Shown here in pieces: positions 1-14,225 of a stretch of 64,000 nucleotides of DNA; within the stretch, counting starts at the first letter, position 1, and the number at the start of each line of letters is the position of its first letter. The DNA comes from Lama glama. Taxonomy: Eukaryota. Both the position numbers and the translations under genes were made by a program. The stretch spans positions 61,506,001 through 61,570,000 of the forward strand of contig CM052816.1 in NCBI GenBank assembly GCA_028534125.1, written 5' to 3'. The notes under the pieces are model-generated. The model was not told the DNA's origin. It saw only the letters and a program-made list of their open reading frames with translations, and searched no databases.

Positions 1-2552
1 AACTCTTTTAAGTGCATGGAAACATTTGATGTTTTGGAACTCACCATGCCTAGGCCACAAGTTTTTATTCTTTTTTAAGTGAAAATATAGACTGTGACTC
101 TCATTGACCTTGCTACATAATTTCCTTTTCCCAGATGGTATACACTATCCATTTAGTTTCCATGCAAAATTCTCCCTTTGATCATTTTAGTAAAGAACAG
201 TCTTTATTTCCCTAAGTTCTATTATCGACTGTGAAACCTGAGTGACTCTATAGTTTTGTTGGTTTAGATGATTTCTAGAATTGTTATCTTGCTGCAGAAT
301 TAATCATAGCAAGAGAAATTATGCCAATGTGGAAAACTGTAGGCTGAAAAGAAGCCAGGTAACTCATATTTGTATACTTGTTAATATACCTAATTTATAG
401 TACTTAATATCTTTATTCAGTTACTAATTTGATTAAATAAAATGCAAAAAAACTTCAATATTCACTCTTAATAAGATGCCATAGGGTTGTTTAAGTGGAT
501 ACTTAAAATTTTTTTGAGGTATTAGTTTTCTATAAAATATGATTTGGCTGTAATCATAGTTCATTTTTGCTTTATTCAGATTCTACTGTTTTATTTTTTA
601 AAAAATGAATCATAATAGTGATTAATGGCTCAGCTGGCTAGGAACATAAGAAGATTTGAATGTTTAGCCTCCATCAAAAAGATAGTTTGTCTGTCTGAAT
701 TTGTATATTTCATAGTTTGAACCATATGAAACCGCCATGTTGTATGTCCAATAGAGAACTTAATATGATTCAACTTGTTACTTAGCTTAGAATAATAAAG
801 ACTATGGTCTGTCCTGCTTTTGATGCTTCTTCGCAAGACTGTAACACATGAACTATAAAGCAACAGTTTATCCCACTTAGGCATCTTTTGGTACAATTAG
901 GATAGATGTTCATATTTGAAAGATAGTCAATTTTTTAATCCAGTACTTTAATTATTTTACACTTTAAGATCAATTCATATTTTGAAATCACGGTTCTACA
1001 GCTGATGAAACTAGTACTCTGTATAAAAGTGAAAGTCCCCTCTTACTGCTTAAATGGATATTTGATTATTTAGTTACAACAAATGAAACAAAGACAGAAA
1101 ACCGAACTATTACCACTGGCTTCATTATGGAATTAGATTATTCAAATAAAACAACGTTCTGGAAATGTAATATTAAATTAACTTTATTTGAACAGATACA
1201 AAGCTGCTTCCTAAGGGGAAATTCTGTTTTTTCCTTTATCACTGCATACGTATGATAAAGAGTTTTGTTTTGTCAGCAACACAGAACACCTGCACAAATG
1301 ACATTTCTTAGTAACCCCACTCTTGCAGAGTTAGAAGGGATTATCCAAAAGGAAATGTTACCCATTCATTCTTCTAGGATAGCCCTTATTGTAATCAAAT
1401 TAGATTACTAAACTAAGTGATACACCTTACAAAGACTCAGATTATAGCTTTGTGTCTCCTTTCAGTTTATCCCTGGTTCAGGTTCCTTCTCTCCCTCCAG
1501 CTTCTTCTTCCTTCCTTTCGTTCATTATTGTGCCGAGAGTTGGTAAGTATTGTTCAGTCCCAGACAGCTCTTAACACATCGTCTAATTCAGGGAAACTTG
1601 AAAAGAAAATGTTATTCAGTGTCCCTGTGTAAAAACTTGGTGAAATTCTTTATATACTTAATGTTAGAAGAAGTTTGTTTCTGTTAGCACACAAATATGC
1701 ATCCTGTAATTAAATAATGAGTATAATGGAAAATTAAAAGTAAATTATTTACTGGTTTAAATTATTTCTTTGTGTGTAAAAGAAGAGTGGAGGTAGCCAG
1801 TCCAAGGGCAGATATAGTGGCTCCCTCTAGATTTCCGTTCTGCTGTACTTCGCATGTGGCTTTTATTTTCTTTCTTCAGACTCAACATGGCTGCTGCATT
1901 TCCAGGCATTACGTTTACTTTCCAGGCAGGAAGAAAAATAAAAATGGTCTTTTTCATGAGGCTTCCTCCCACTCTCTACAAAGAAGGGGAGTTCTCACCA
2001 GGGAATTCTACCTGCATCTCATTGTCTAGGATTGTGTTACATTCCTAAGAGTATTTTTGCTTTCTAATCTCTATAGTAGAGGAAGGCAAGGGAAAGTGGC
2101 ATTGAAATGGGTATTGAGTGACACCATGAAGCAACAAATGATAAACCATTCCAGACTAGTAAATTCCAGGCCAAATGAGTTGATCTTTGCATTCTTAAAG
2201 CAGATGTGCTTTGAATAACATCAGGATCCAAAAGAAATCTTGTTATAGGTGAAATGATAGCTTAAATAAACAAAAGGAGTTTCTCCTCTTAAACATAGAA
2301 AGACAAATTGATTTCTGATGATCATATTTGCTAAAGGAAAATGTAAAATTAGAATGGGGAGGCAAAACAGACACACTATGATCAACTCCACAAAGTTAAT
2401 TGACCTTAAATCTTATCTTTATGGAATCTTTCATTTCAAAATATAGCCCTCTAAAGCTTCTGAATTTCATGGCTTTAATGAAGGTAGATTTTCATCCTGT
2501 GATTTTTTTACATCTGTCTGTCTGTCTATCAATGTGTCTATCTATCTATCAA

Positions 2553-5500
2553 TAAAGTTGACATACACTATTATATTAGTTTTATGTATACAACATAGAG
2601 ATTAGACGTTTATGCACATTATGAATTAATAACTCTAAGTCTGGTAACCATCTGTCACCATACAAAGTTACTGCAATATTATTGATGGTCTTCCCAATGC
2701 TGTACGTTACACTTCCATGAATTAATTATTTTATAACTAGAAGTTTGCATTTCTTAATCCTTCTCACCTATTTCACACACCCCACCTGTGGCAACTACCC
2801 ATTTATGCTTTGTATATGTGAGTCTGTTTTCATTTTGTTTTATTTTTTTGTTTTGTTTTTTAGATTAAATATGTAAGTGAGATCATATGGTATTTGTCTT
2901 TCTCCATCTGTTTTATTTCATTTAGCATAATACCCTCTGAATGTGTCTTTTAGCTTGTGTTAGCCTGCTAGTGGGCAAGGCCAGGGCACTGGGGGTCCTG
3001 GGGCTGGTTCTGGCTTCCTGATGAGCTCAGCAGGGTCCTAGGTTCTCTGACTGCAAGCCCTGGGGGCCCAGGAGTTGTATCAGCCTGCTGGTGAGTGGAA
3101 CCATGGCCAGGAGCATTCTAGGGGGGCCTGCCCACTGGTGGGCAAAGCTGGTCCTGGGCTAATTCCTAGCCTACAGGTGGGAGGAGTCAGGTTCTGGGGA
3201 CTCTGGCTGCAGGGCCCTGGGAGTTCTAGAGTTGGTGTTGCCCCACTGGTGGGTAAGGACCTTCTTAAATTTACTGAGATTCATTTTGTGGACTAACATG
3301 TGATTTTTTCTGGAGAATGTTCCATGAACTTGAAAAGAATGTGTACTCTGATGTTTTGGAGTGGAATATTCTAAATCTATTAAGTCAATGTGGTATAACA
3401 TGTCATTTAAAGACCTATATTTCCTTGTTGATTTTCTGTCTGGATGATCTATGTAAGTGAGGTGTTGAAGTCCCCTATTACTATTGTATTAATGTAACTA
3501 TCTCCCTGTATGTCTGTTAATATTTGCTTTATATATTTATATGCTCCTATGTTGGGTGCGTACATATTTTAAAGTGTAATATTTTCTTGTTGCATTGTTC
3601 CCTCTATCATTGTGCAGTGCTCTTTGTCACCCTTTACAGTCTTTGTTTTAAAATCTATTTTGTTTGATATTTATATTGCTACCCCAGCTTTCTTTTCGTT
3701 CCTGTTTACGTGGAGTATCTTTTGCAATTACTTCACCTTCAGTCTGTGTGTCTTTAGATCTGAAGTAAATCTCTTATAGGCATCATATATATGGGTCTTG
3801 TTTTTTTCCTCCATTCAGCCACCCTTTGTCTTTTGATTGGTACCTTTAGTCCATTTATATTTAAAATGTTTTTGATAGGTGTGTACTTATTGCTTTTTTG
3901 TTATTTGTTTTCTAGTTGTTTTTGTTGTTCTCTGTTCCTTCTTTTGTTCTTTTTTCTTGTGACTTGATGTCTTTCTTTAATGTTAAGTTTATATTACTTT
4001 CTCTTCAGTTTTTTGTATGTCTGCATAGGTTTTTGGTTTGTGGTTACCATGATGTTCATGTATAACAACCTGTTCATGTAATAATTGATAGCTGCTTAAG
4101 TTCATGTGTATTCTAAAAGCACTACATTTTTAATCCCCCCAACATTTTATGTTTTGGACATCATGTTTTACATCTTTTATTTTGTGTATCACTTAAGTGA
4201 TTATTTTAGATATAGACACTTATGATGCTTTTGTCTTTTAAGCTTCATACTAGCCTTATAAGTAGTTGATCCCCTACATTTACTATATGTTCGCCTTTAC
4301 CAGTGAGTTTTTTTCTTTCATAATTTTCTTGTTTTTAGTTATGGCCTTTTCTTTTCCATTTAAAGAACTCCCTTTAACATTTCTTCTGTGGCTGGTTTAG
4401 TGGTGATGAACTCCTTTAGCTTTTGTTTGGAAACTCTATTTCTCCTTCAATTTTGAATGATCACCTTGCTGGGTAGAGTATTGTTGGTTCTAAGTTTTGT
4501 TTTGTTTTTGTTTTAGTCTTTGGGTATACATTGTCAGACCTTTCTGGCTTGTAAAGTATCTGCTGAAAACTCAGCTGATAGTCTTTGAGGGTTTCCTTGT
4601 ATGTACCTAGCTGTTTTTGTCTGCTGCCTTTAATGTTTGATATTTTAATTACAATGTGTCTTGGTGTGAGTCTTTTGGGTTCACCGTGTTTGGGCTCTCT
4701 GTGCTTCCCAGACATGGATGTCTGTTTCCTTTACTAAGTTAGGGAAGTTTTCAGGCATTATGTTTTCAACTGGGATTTCTGTCCTTTTCTCTCTCCCTTC
4801 TACTTCTGGGACCTCGACAGTGTGAATGTTAGTATGCTTGATGTTGTCCAAGACGTCCCTTAAATTATCTTCATTAATTTTTTTTTTTTGCTGTTCCCAT
4901 TGGGTGATAATTCACTACTCAGTTTTTCAGATCACCAATCCACTTTTCTGCATTCTCTAATCTACTGTTGGATTCCCTCTGGTTTATTTTTCATTTCAGT
5001 TATTCTATTCTTTAGTTCTGATTGTTTCTTTTTTATATTTTCTATCCCTTTTTGAAGTTCTCACTGAATTCATACATTCTTCCTTCGAGTTTGTAGAACA
5101 TCTTTATAACTATTTCTTTGAACCCTTTATCTGATTTTCTCCCTGGAGAAAGTTCCACCAGATCTCTACCTCTGGTACATGTCCTAAAATTAGTCAATGA
5201 ATATCCTTCTTGTATGACCCAGCTGCTTATCAAGCTGTTGGCTCTGCACTGGGACTCGGAGCAAGTGAGCTTGTGCATGAGCCCTTCAAGAGTTGAGTCT
5301 CCAGTACTCACAGCACTCTGGCTCTCTTGGACCTAAGCCCCACTGGTTTCAAAGCCAGATATATGGGGACTCCTCTTCCTTATGCAAATCCTCCATTCTG
5401 GGGAGCCTGATGTGGGCTCAGACCCCTCACTCCTCAGGATGACCTCTGCAGTTGTGATATCCCTCCTGTTTATAAGTTGCCGCACTGGAGGTGTGGGTTC

Positions 5501-5690
5501 TAATTAAACCGTGTCTCTCCCCTTCCTACTTGTCCTGATGTGGTCATTTCTTTATATCCTTAGTTGTAGAAAATCTGTTCTGCTCATCTTCAGGTCCTTC
5601 TCAGAGATAGTTATTTTATAGGTAGCTGTAATTTTGGTGTGTCTGCGGGAGTAGGTAAGCTCAGGATCTCCTTACTCTGCCACCTTCTGA
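2553..5690 (-). mobile_element. Rearranged, decayed LINE-1 composite: 3' end, 5'UTR-like fragment, endonuclease region, ORF1 and 5'UTR
   Basis: 2553-2940 is a typical antisense L1 3'UTR. ORF 3171-3401 resembles the L1 endonuclease (..QVHGTFSRKNHML..) and ORF 4461-4715 resembles ORF1 (RLTPRHIVIK). 5140-5690 is homologous to the L1 5' end at 56450-56826. Confidence 0.85.
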
Positions 5691-5924
5691 TAGTTTTTTT
5701 AAAAAATAGAAATAAAGCCTGAAGTAAGAAAAGAATTTTGTGCAGTAGGATATGATATAATAGTATGATCTTAAGTAGAATTTTATGTGATTGGTTATAT
5801 GTGTAGTCTTGTTTGATTTATATATAATTCTATTTGATTTATCTACAACAATTACAGGTTGGTTCCCCAGGAGGCAGAATTAATATGCAAGGAGGCAAGA
5901 AATCTTTCATGATGATAGTGTAAC

Positions 5925-6010
5925 AAGGGCTGAGTTTCAAAACTCCAGGGGGCATACTCATATTGTATTCTGTATGAATGTTATCCTCAGGAGTTGTGCG
6001 ACACGACAGT
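5925..6010. mobile_element. Degenerate palindromic hAT-type MITE remnant (MER91-like; family tentative)
   Basis: Imperfect inverted repeat aactccagggggcatactcat...atgaatgttatcctcaggagtt (5941-5995) followed by gtgc, resembling short palindromic DNA-transposon relics. Confidence 0.45.
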
Positions 6011-8049
6011 ACTCCATGATATATTAAGAATACTAAAAGAGAGTAGTTATTCAGTGAAGAAGCTCTGAAGACTGAGAGGTCTTTTATTCTGGCTAACTCT
6101 GATTATCAGTAAGTCATTTTCCCAGACAGAATCTGTTGGTCTTAAAAGGCTGAGGTCAACTCTCACAGCTGCAGTTTCTCCAGGGAAAAATAGTCCTTGT
6201 ACTTCACCACAGGACTTTCACATCAATATTTGAAGAGAGAGAACCATGTCCTGCAGTCAAATTGAGGATATTTATACCCCTTCCAAACACAGAGAGGTTG
6301 GGTTTTAAGATGGTAAGCTGTTTGGCAAGATGACAGGAGTTCAGAACACCAGAGTCCTTGTCACATCTTCATGTGATTTTTGCACTTTAATCTTTTCTAA
6401 AGTCAAACTGGATTGTGAAGATAGCTCTCATTTGGCTCTGAGAACTTTAAGTTATGGTTTAGACAAACTTGAAATATCTTGGAATGATTTTTAAATGATT
6501 CATATTTAGGTACAAGCTTTTCACGATGTTAACATTTCTATTTGTCACAGAAAATCATTCTTTTTTGAATAGTTGATGATTTATTTTGATTTGAAATTAT
6601 AAATCTCAAAGATAATTTTCTTACCATGAACATTGTATTGTTTGGCCAGTGGCTCTCCCTAAAGATTTTTTAAGTCTCTTACCTTTAATTGAATATGTAA
6701 CACAGCATAAAAATTCACTAAGCAATGCTTCCAAAAGTTATTTGGTTTTAGTGGATTATGTATAACCCCCTTTCAAATTTGATGAAAGAAGTCAATAATA
6801 GTAAAATGAATTTAAATACATTTTCAAGATGTAGAAACACTCGTTGCCAAAGAGAAGAATGAGTATTGGTCTGAAATGAATTAGTAATAAACTCTGTATC
6901 TTATACCAGAAAGTATCACTTTGGAGGGAGGGAAAAATAAGGATTTTAAAAATTCATGTTAATGCTAAAACTTTCTTTTACTTTGCTAATGCTAATTTTT
7001 AAATTTGCCAAAGTGGCATTATTTGCAGTCTAAACATAAAGGTTACATAATTTTCCTAGCATAAAAGAGGTTGAAGCTCTTGTTACATCCTTGTTGGCCA
7101 TAGATTACTGTCTTGGAATCTTATCATATTGACTTTAAAGTAGAAAAATAGAGAAACCAGCATTTGAAGCAGCTTAAGCTGAAATTACATCAGTAACATA
7201 CTATCTATATTCTCTGGTTTTTTCCTTCAAAAAGGAGAGTATTAAGTATTGTATCTATATGAGAATTATAATATTTTATCTATGGATTAGAACATAGAAC
7301 TAGGCTACAATAAATACTTAATATGAAAATTACTTTAACTATATTTTAATACATGATAGATCAGAAATACTGATAGACTCCTGCATTGTGTTGGGTACAT
7401 CTTTATGCATTCTACATACTATATAAGACCATGGGAAAATGTTAGTTGTTTTAATTTGATCTTTTGAATTTTGGGTAAACTGGGGTTTGTTATATATTCC
7501 TTCTACATTCTCTGATGTCAGATATTTAGAAACAAATTATTTTTATTCAATGATATTTAAAATTTTCCTTTTTAAAGAAGTTCTTTACTGAAATAGGATA
7601 GTACTCTTTAGTTTTAAAATCACATTTATGAATGACTTCTCTCCTGGAGTGAAAATTGTAGACTGGGCTCTATTTGTCTCTACCCCAACTGAAGGCAGAA
7701 ATCTCTTCTGGAGTCAATCAAAGGTTAGCAAGATAGAAATAAAATAAATGATTGGAAGAATTGAGTCCAGTGGTTCCTGCTATTATGGTAACTTTCAACT
7801 GAAACGTGGAATACTCTTCAAGCTCTATTTCCCATTGTTAAGTTAATACACTAAATGTCTTTAGAATATGATTGGGACAATGTTTACTTTTCTAGGTTTA
7901 TAATTTGATTTTTTAGGAAACAGTCTCATAAAAGTACTTACACTTGGATAATTTGTTTTGGAGAAGAAATAATGTTCATTGACAGAATTCTCTCTGGGTT
8001 AAAAAAAATAAAATGAGATGATTTTTATTCATTTTAATTGGTTAGTTTA

Positions 8050-8215
8050 CTAAGCTCATTAAGTACTTTTCTATTCATGTGGAATATTTTCATCTGGCTC
8101 TCCTGGCAATACCATGAAATTGAGAGGGTCACTATGAGAAAATTATGGCACAATGAGATGACTTGCCAAAGGGTATATGCTAGTTACTAGTAGTTCCAGG
8201 ACTAGAACCCTGACC
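8050..8215 (-). mobile_element. MIR SINE fragment
   Basis: atgagaaaattatggcac...gatgacttgccaaagggtatatgctagttactagtagttccaggactagaaccc resembles the antisense MIR core. Confidence 0.55.
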
Positions 8216-9520
8216 TGACAGGCTAACTTCATGTTCTCTTTAGCCAACCACTGTCTTGTTTTATAGCCTGTTGATCACTATATGCCGATTTTAACATCAT
8301 AAAAATGAGCTCTTTAAAAAAAATCTACCGAAATGATTCTTTTGAGTACACTACCATTACTTCATACAAAGCATGTTTTTTGAGTGATAAATACAAAATT
8401 ACCATGATTAAATAAAATAATTTTTTACTCATGAAGACAGAGAATGGAAATAAGGTGATGCATTGAGTTGAGGCATCAATTTCTAGCCCAACCGACTTAG
8501 ATCTTTATCCTGGCATGAATTTGGTGGCACCTCCTAGTCCCTCATGGACTTTTTTCCACATCAGACAAAAACCACTGGATGGTTTTGTGCAGTCTGGCAG
8601 GATTGTTAGTTGCAGTGGTGTAGAAATGGAAACAATTTGGGAGTTGTAGGTTGAAACTGAGGTGCCTGGTTCTATGAAGTGGTATTGGTACTGAACTTTG
8701 AGTACCAAATTTATGTATATATTTAAAACAATTTTTTTTAAGATAGATGCTAGTGGTGACTATTTGAATGTCTTTGGAATACTGAGACAGTCAACATAAT
8801 TGTATATCTTATAAAGAAGAATTTTGGCACAGGATGGCTTGTAAATTCACTGCAAATTTAGAATCCAAACAAAATTCATTTCATGTTTGTATAATCTATT
8901 TTAAGCCATCTTGTTCTTACTAAAAGTTTTTTTTTCTCTAATCTGTAGTTTTTGTTTTTAAGGCCTTTTTCACTATGGGATTTTATATTCATGAGCCTGC
9001 TGAGTCACTTCTAGATGGTCCCCAAAGAGATTGATGCTGCTCAATTTGCAAATCTTTATTCGCAAATCATTTTCATGGATTTACAGATTTCACCAAGTTC
9101 TTGGAAGAGTTTACATGGTAGAGATAGGATATGATCAGTACCTTCCAAAAGCTCATTTTAAAGGGGCATTAGACTAACATAGTAAACTATTTTAAAATGT
9201 GATACATTTTATAAAAGAGATTCAGCATTAAGGTTGTATTTTTAGCAACTTCTTTATATGAAATAGATAAATTTGGAGATCTTTCAAGGACATAGTCTCT
9301 TTCTCCTTTGAAGTCTCTTAACATTCACTATCTTAGATCTTGGATCAAAGGACCATTCACAGTGCTTTGTAATGGTAGACTTTCAATGTATGAATGAAAT
9401 AAGGGAAACAGTTTTGAATTACAAATATGATACTGTCTTAAAATCTACAATTTCATTAATTTTTTACAAGATCATCTTATCTAATTGCTGCTGAGGTAGT
9501 TATAATACATGCAGTAGTTT

Positions 9521-10827
9521 TTGTTTTAAGTCTTTTGGTTTTATTGAAGTATAGTACAATGTTATATGTTACAGGTGTACAATATAGTGATTCATAATTT
9601 TTAAATGTTATACTCTATTTATCATTATTATAAAATATTGGCTATACTCTTTGTGTTGTACAACATATCCTTGTAGCTTATTTTATACATAATAGTTTGT
9701 ACATCTCCCTACTGGTAACTAGTTTGTTCTACCTGTGAGTCTGCTTCTTTTTTGTTATATTCACTAGTGTGTTGTATTTTTTAGATTCTACTTATAAGTG
9801 ATATCCTACAGTATTTTTCTTTCTCTGTCTGGCTTATTCCTCTTAGGGTAATACCCTCCAAGTCCATCCATGTTGCTGCAAGTGATAAAAATTTCATTCT
9901 TTTTAATGACTGAGTAGTATTCCATTGTGTATACATACTACTTCTTTGTCCATTCATCTATGAATGGGTATGTATCTTTTTAAATTAGTATTTTTGGTTT
10001 TTTTCAAATATATGCCTAGGAGTAGAATTCCTAGGCCATATGATAGTTCTATTTTTAGTTTTTTGAGAAACTTCTATACTGTTTTCCAAAGCGACTGCAC
10101 CAATTTATATTCCCACCGAACAGTGTATAAGGGTTCCCTTTTCTCCACATCCTTGCCAGCATTTGCAGTTTGTGTTCTTTTTGATGATAGCCATTCTGAT
10201 GGGTGTGAGGTGATGGCATTATGGTTTTGATTTGCATTTCCCTGATGATTAACGATGTTGAGCATCTTTTCAAACGTGCCTGTTGGCCATCTGCATGTCC
10301 TCTTTGGAAAAATGTCTGTTTAGGTCTTCTGCCCATTTTTAAATTGGGTTATTATTTTTTTTTTGATGTTCAGTTGTGTGAGCTGTCTATGTATGTTGGA
10401 TATTAAACCCTTATTGGTCATATAATTTGAAAGTATTTTCTCCCATTCAGTAGATTTTCTTTTCATTTTGTCTATGATTTTCTTCACTGTGCAAAAGCTT
10501 TGTGTTTAGTTAGGTCTCATTTGTTTACTTTTGCTATAATTTCCTTTATTTAGGAGATAGATTCCCCCCAAATATTGTTATGACTCATGTCAAAGAGTGT
10601 TCTGCATATGCTTTCATGTAGGATTTTTATGGTTTCTGGTCTTACATTTAGGTCTTTAATCCATTTTTATTTTATTTTTATGTATGGTGTTAGAGAATGC
10701 TCTAATTTCATTCTTTTACATGTAGCTGTCCAGTTTTCCCAGCACCACTTATGGAAGAGACTGTCTTTTCTCCATTGTATATTCTTGCCTCCTTTGTCAT
10801 AGATTAACTGACCATAAGTGTGTGGAT
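9521..10827 (-). mobile_element. 5'-truncated LINE-1 (3'UTR plus ORF2 C-terminus)
   Basis: T-rich tail at the left. ORFs 10055-10336 and 10074-10265 give ORF2 C-terminal peptides ([38 protein letters not shown]). Probable TSD catgcagtagttt (9508-9520) / catggagtagctt (10828-10840). Confidence 0.9.
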
Positions 10828-13599
10828 CATGGAGTAGCTTTATACCTAGTTTTGAGTGCAGTAAATTCTATTAATTATGCTTTTACTATTTGCTTGACAC
10901 TCTTCTTTTTTACCTTCATCCCTACCCACACCTACAAGCAAACTCCATACCAAACCCAGTTAGTGGCTCCCTGTCTGAAGTAGTGGCTATATCACTATTA
11001 ATCTTATCACTCCTAAAAAAAATGTGACATCGTCATTCAAAATTAAAAGCTAAATAAAAGTGAGTTGAAATATGGAAGGAAAGCAAAGATGGAGAGCTGA
11101 ACACCTTCAATGTTCATTCTCCAAAATACACGATTTGAACATTCTCCTAAGACTTTAGGGAGCAGCTGCATCAATATTTGGTTGAAACTTAAAATCCCTA
11201 ATAAATTCCAGCTTCCCAGCAAAATAGAGTTTGAGCAAAGTGATAAATGTTAATATAGTGTTATTCGCTGGAGTTAATTTGAAGAGACATTCACAGAGGG
11301 GATCCCTGGAAGGGATAAAAATGCATGTAAACAAAAGACATAAAATGCTAAACGAGAAAGGTGTAAGATGTTTTCCCTAAGACAAGAACTGGAAAGCATG
11401 GCTCTTTGGGGCTAGCCAACTGCTCTCTGGATCCTGGGGGATGGGGTCCTGTTGTTCAGTGCTTCCTTCATATTGCATGCTTTCCATTCTTATGCAGGAA
11501 AAGAATAGCAATCTTCATTTGACATAATTGTGGAGAGGTTCACCGACACACCACAACCAAGAACAGGATGCAGTTCTCCTTTTGCAGAGATCAGGGCGCA
11601 CGCACTCTCTCTCTCTCTCTTTTTTTTTCTGAAGAGAGCTAATTAGCATGAGACCTACAAAAATGTTTTACTTTTCAAGATAAAATATTTATAGCTGACA
11701 TTATTTCAGTGAATTATTATTAGAAATGTCTGCCTTGCTCTATTTTATTTTTGTGATTCCTTGTATTTTTCTGACTGTCATGCTTGCAAAATAATTATCA
11801 TATTGATGAATTGGATGTATGAAATACATTGACAAAACCTAAAATTACATACATTTTTTAACTATTTAAATGTAAGCTAAAAATATGTCTATTTAAAGTA
11901 GGAACCCTGGTACTAAAAAAAATTCATTCAAATATGAATGGTTTCTTAGCATCACTTTATTGTATGAATGTATGTGTTTGTGTTTGAGCTAGGAGTCAGG
12001 AATGCAATAATGAAATTAGGGGATGGAAGGAAGCAATTTAAAAAATAAAGAAACAGAATTAAATATATATAATTTAATGTTATGACAGTGATGATCAATT
12101 CCAGGCATATTTTCTGAAATAACTTCATTCCTGAAGAGTATGTATTTTTAGTTTTATTAAATGTGTTCCTAGACCTATTTTAATAGTAACACAAATTCTA
12201 AAAAATTAATTTAAATGAAGCTGATAATGTTAATGTTATTAAAATATCATCTTTACCATGCTTTAGAGAGAGTATTTCATTTCCTTTTTACTCATTTCCC
12301 ATGGGTAGGGTAAACCCAATTCTGTTTATCCAAGGTCGTTTTGTGTTTTATCTCTCAAGTGGTCACTATTTTGAAACCTTAGTGGCTAAGTGCCATGACA
12401 GGCTAAAGATGGATTTAGAGAATTCATTTGATTTGAGTGGGTAAAATACTATCTTTACTTTGGCTGAACTTTTTTTTTTTTTGGTTCAGTAATGTTGAAT
12501 ATGGGTGTCACAGTTTAATTTCCCTTTTGCTATTATAATTCCTTTATGAAAGGAGAATCATGTCCTATGTAGCATAGGAATTGAGTAAGTTCATAATGGA
12601 ACTTGAAACCTTGGATGAAGATAAATTTTCCAACTATTTTGGTATTTTGAGGGTCAGTCTGAATTCTGGAATGTTGTTCTTTGTGTCTAAAAAATTTCTA
12701 CCTGGGGTTATTATTGCTTTGCCTTTGTACAGTTTTAACATATCATTGTCATTATATTTTTAAACTATCTATATAGACTCATTTTCATGTTATATTCATG
12801 TTGATGTTCCCATCAATATGATGGTTTTGTGATAGAACATTGCAACACACCTTTGTATTATGATGAATCCATGAATGGACATTAGGACTTTTGCTCAGAA
12901 AAATTTTTAGTCTTGGAAGCAGTGTAAGGGGCAAGAAACAAGAGGAATAAACTAAAAGATATACTAGATTTGGCCAAAAAACAGCAAGAGCACTTTGGGG
13001 ATTTAAAATTTGATTTATAACTATTCCAAAAAAAAAAAAAGCTGACCACTTTTACAGTGCTCATGAGACTAGAAGAATAGTTGTTTTGGAAGAAAGGTTA
13101 AGGATTCTTTTAATTGGCAGATCGAAAATATTCACCAGCCAAATAGGCCTTCATACTTGCCACAAAACCTTTCCTGACAATTCATTTATCTTAACTACAT
13201 TAAGGCTAGTAATTTTTTAGTTTGGCAACCTCCAAGAAAACCTTATTGAAGATTCAAAATAAATTGTGAGGCAGTTCCTAGCTTGTTCTTAGTTTCATTA
13301 TAATTCTACAAATATCATCTTTTAGTGTCCGTTTTGTGAATTTAATTGTGACTCTACAGAAAGTAGGATATTGTTAATTGCTTCATTATGTTTAATAAAA
13401 AGGTTATTGTTATTTCTAAATTATGCAGTTTACTGACGTGAAATTTGGAATTTGCGGTTAAGTTTTAATAAAGAGATGAAAGAAAAGTCAGTTACTAGCA
13501 TTGTCAAACATAACTGCAAAAGACCAATTCCCAGTAAGTACTGAATGAGACTAACCTAATCAATTAGTTCACAAATCTTATTAATATTAACTAAAGCAA

Positions 13600-13760
13600 T
13601 AATAATTAAAATATCAATAACATTTATTTTAAGCTCTTAGTGTCCTAATATGGACAGTACATATACAATACCTAAGTTTATCCACAAAGCAATTCTAGAA
13701 ACTGTAGTTACTATTTTTCACATTTTATAGATGAGAAGACAAGTTATACAAATAGATGAG
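13600..13760 (-). mobile_element. MIR SINE fragment
   Basis: aataataat..aacatttatt..tatttttcacattttatagatgagaagac matches the antisense MIR core. Confidence 0.5.
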
Positions 13761-13810
13761 GGATGGGGTTATTCTAGAATCTGTGCTGGAACTCTGTTAA
13801 AGAAGATACT

Positions 13811-13975
13811 AGGGGAGGGTATAGCTCAAGTGATAGAGCGCATGCTTAGCATGCACAAGGTCCTAGGTTCAATCACCAGTACCTCCTCTAAAAATAAATA
13901 AACCCATTACCTGTTCCCCTGCTAAAATGAAATAATTAAGTAATATAATAAATAAATAAAATATTTTTTAAAAAT
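13811..13975 (+). mobile_element. tRNA-Ala-derived SINE (camelid vic-1 type)
   Basis: ggggagggtatagctcaagtgatagagcgcatgcttagcatgcacaaggtcctaggttcaatc..acctcc is a tRNA-Ala(AGC)-like head with A and B boxes, followed by an AT-rich tail. TSD aaagaagatac (13799-13809) / aaagaggatac (13976-13986). Confidence 0.9.
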
Positions 13976-14094
13976 AAAGAGGATACAGAAGCAATAGAAA
14001 TCATTGCCTTTTCTCCCATAGGCTTGCAAACTAATTGGAGAGATAAAACTAAATGGAAAAAAGAACAATGAAAAATATGAGGCAAGATATAGTT

Positions 14095-14225
14095 TTTGCT
14101 TGTTTTTGTTTGGAGGGGGGAGAGGTAATTAAATTTATTTATTTTTAGAGGCAGTACTGGGGATTGAACCCAGGACCCTGTGCAGGCTGAACATGTACTC
14201 TACCATTTGAGCTATACTCTCCCCC
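14095..14225 (-). mobile_element. tRNA-Ala-derived SINE (vic-1 type)
   Basis: Reverse-complement copy (gggattgaacccaggaccc..ctctaccatttgagctatactctccccc). TSD caagatatagtt (14083-14094) / caggatataatt (14228-14239). Confidence 0.88.

Noticed and set aside
630..2048. Short ORFs in unique intronic DNA
   Set aside because: No recognisable homology, splice context or codon pattern; expected by chance.
13812..13886. Possible tRNA-Ala gene
   Set aside because: It has an AT-rich tail, a TSD and three diverged sibling copies, so it is a SINE.
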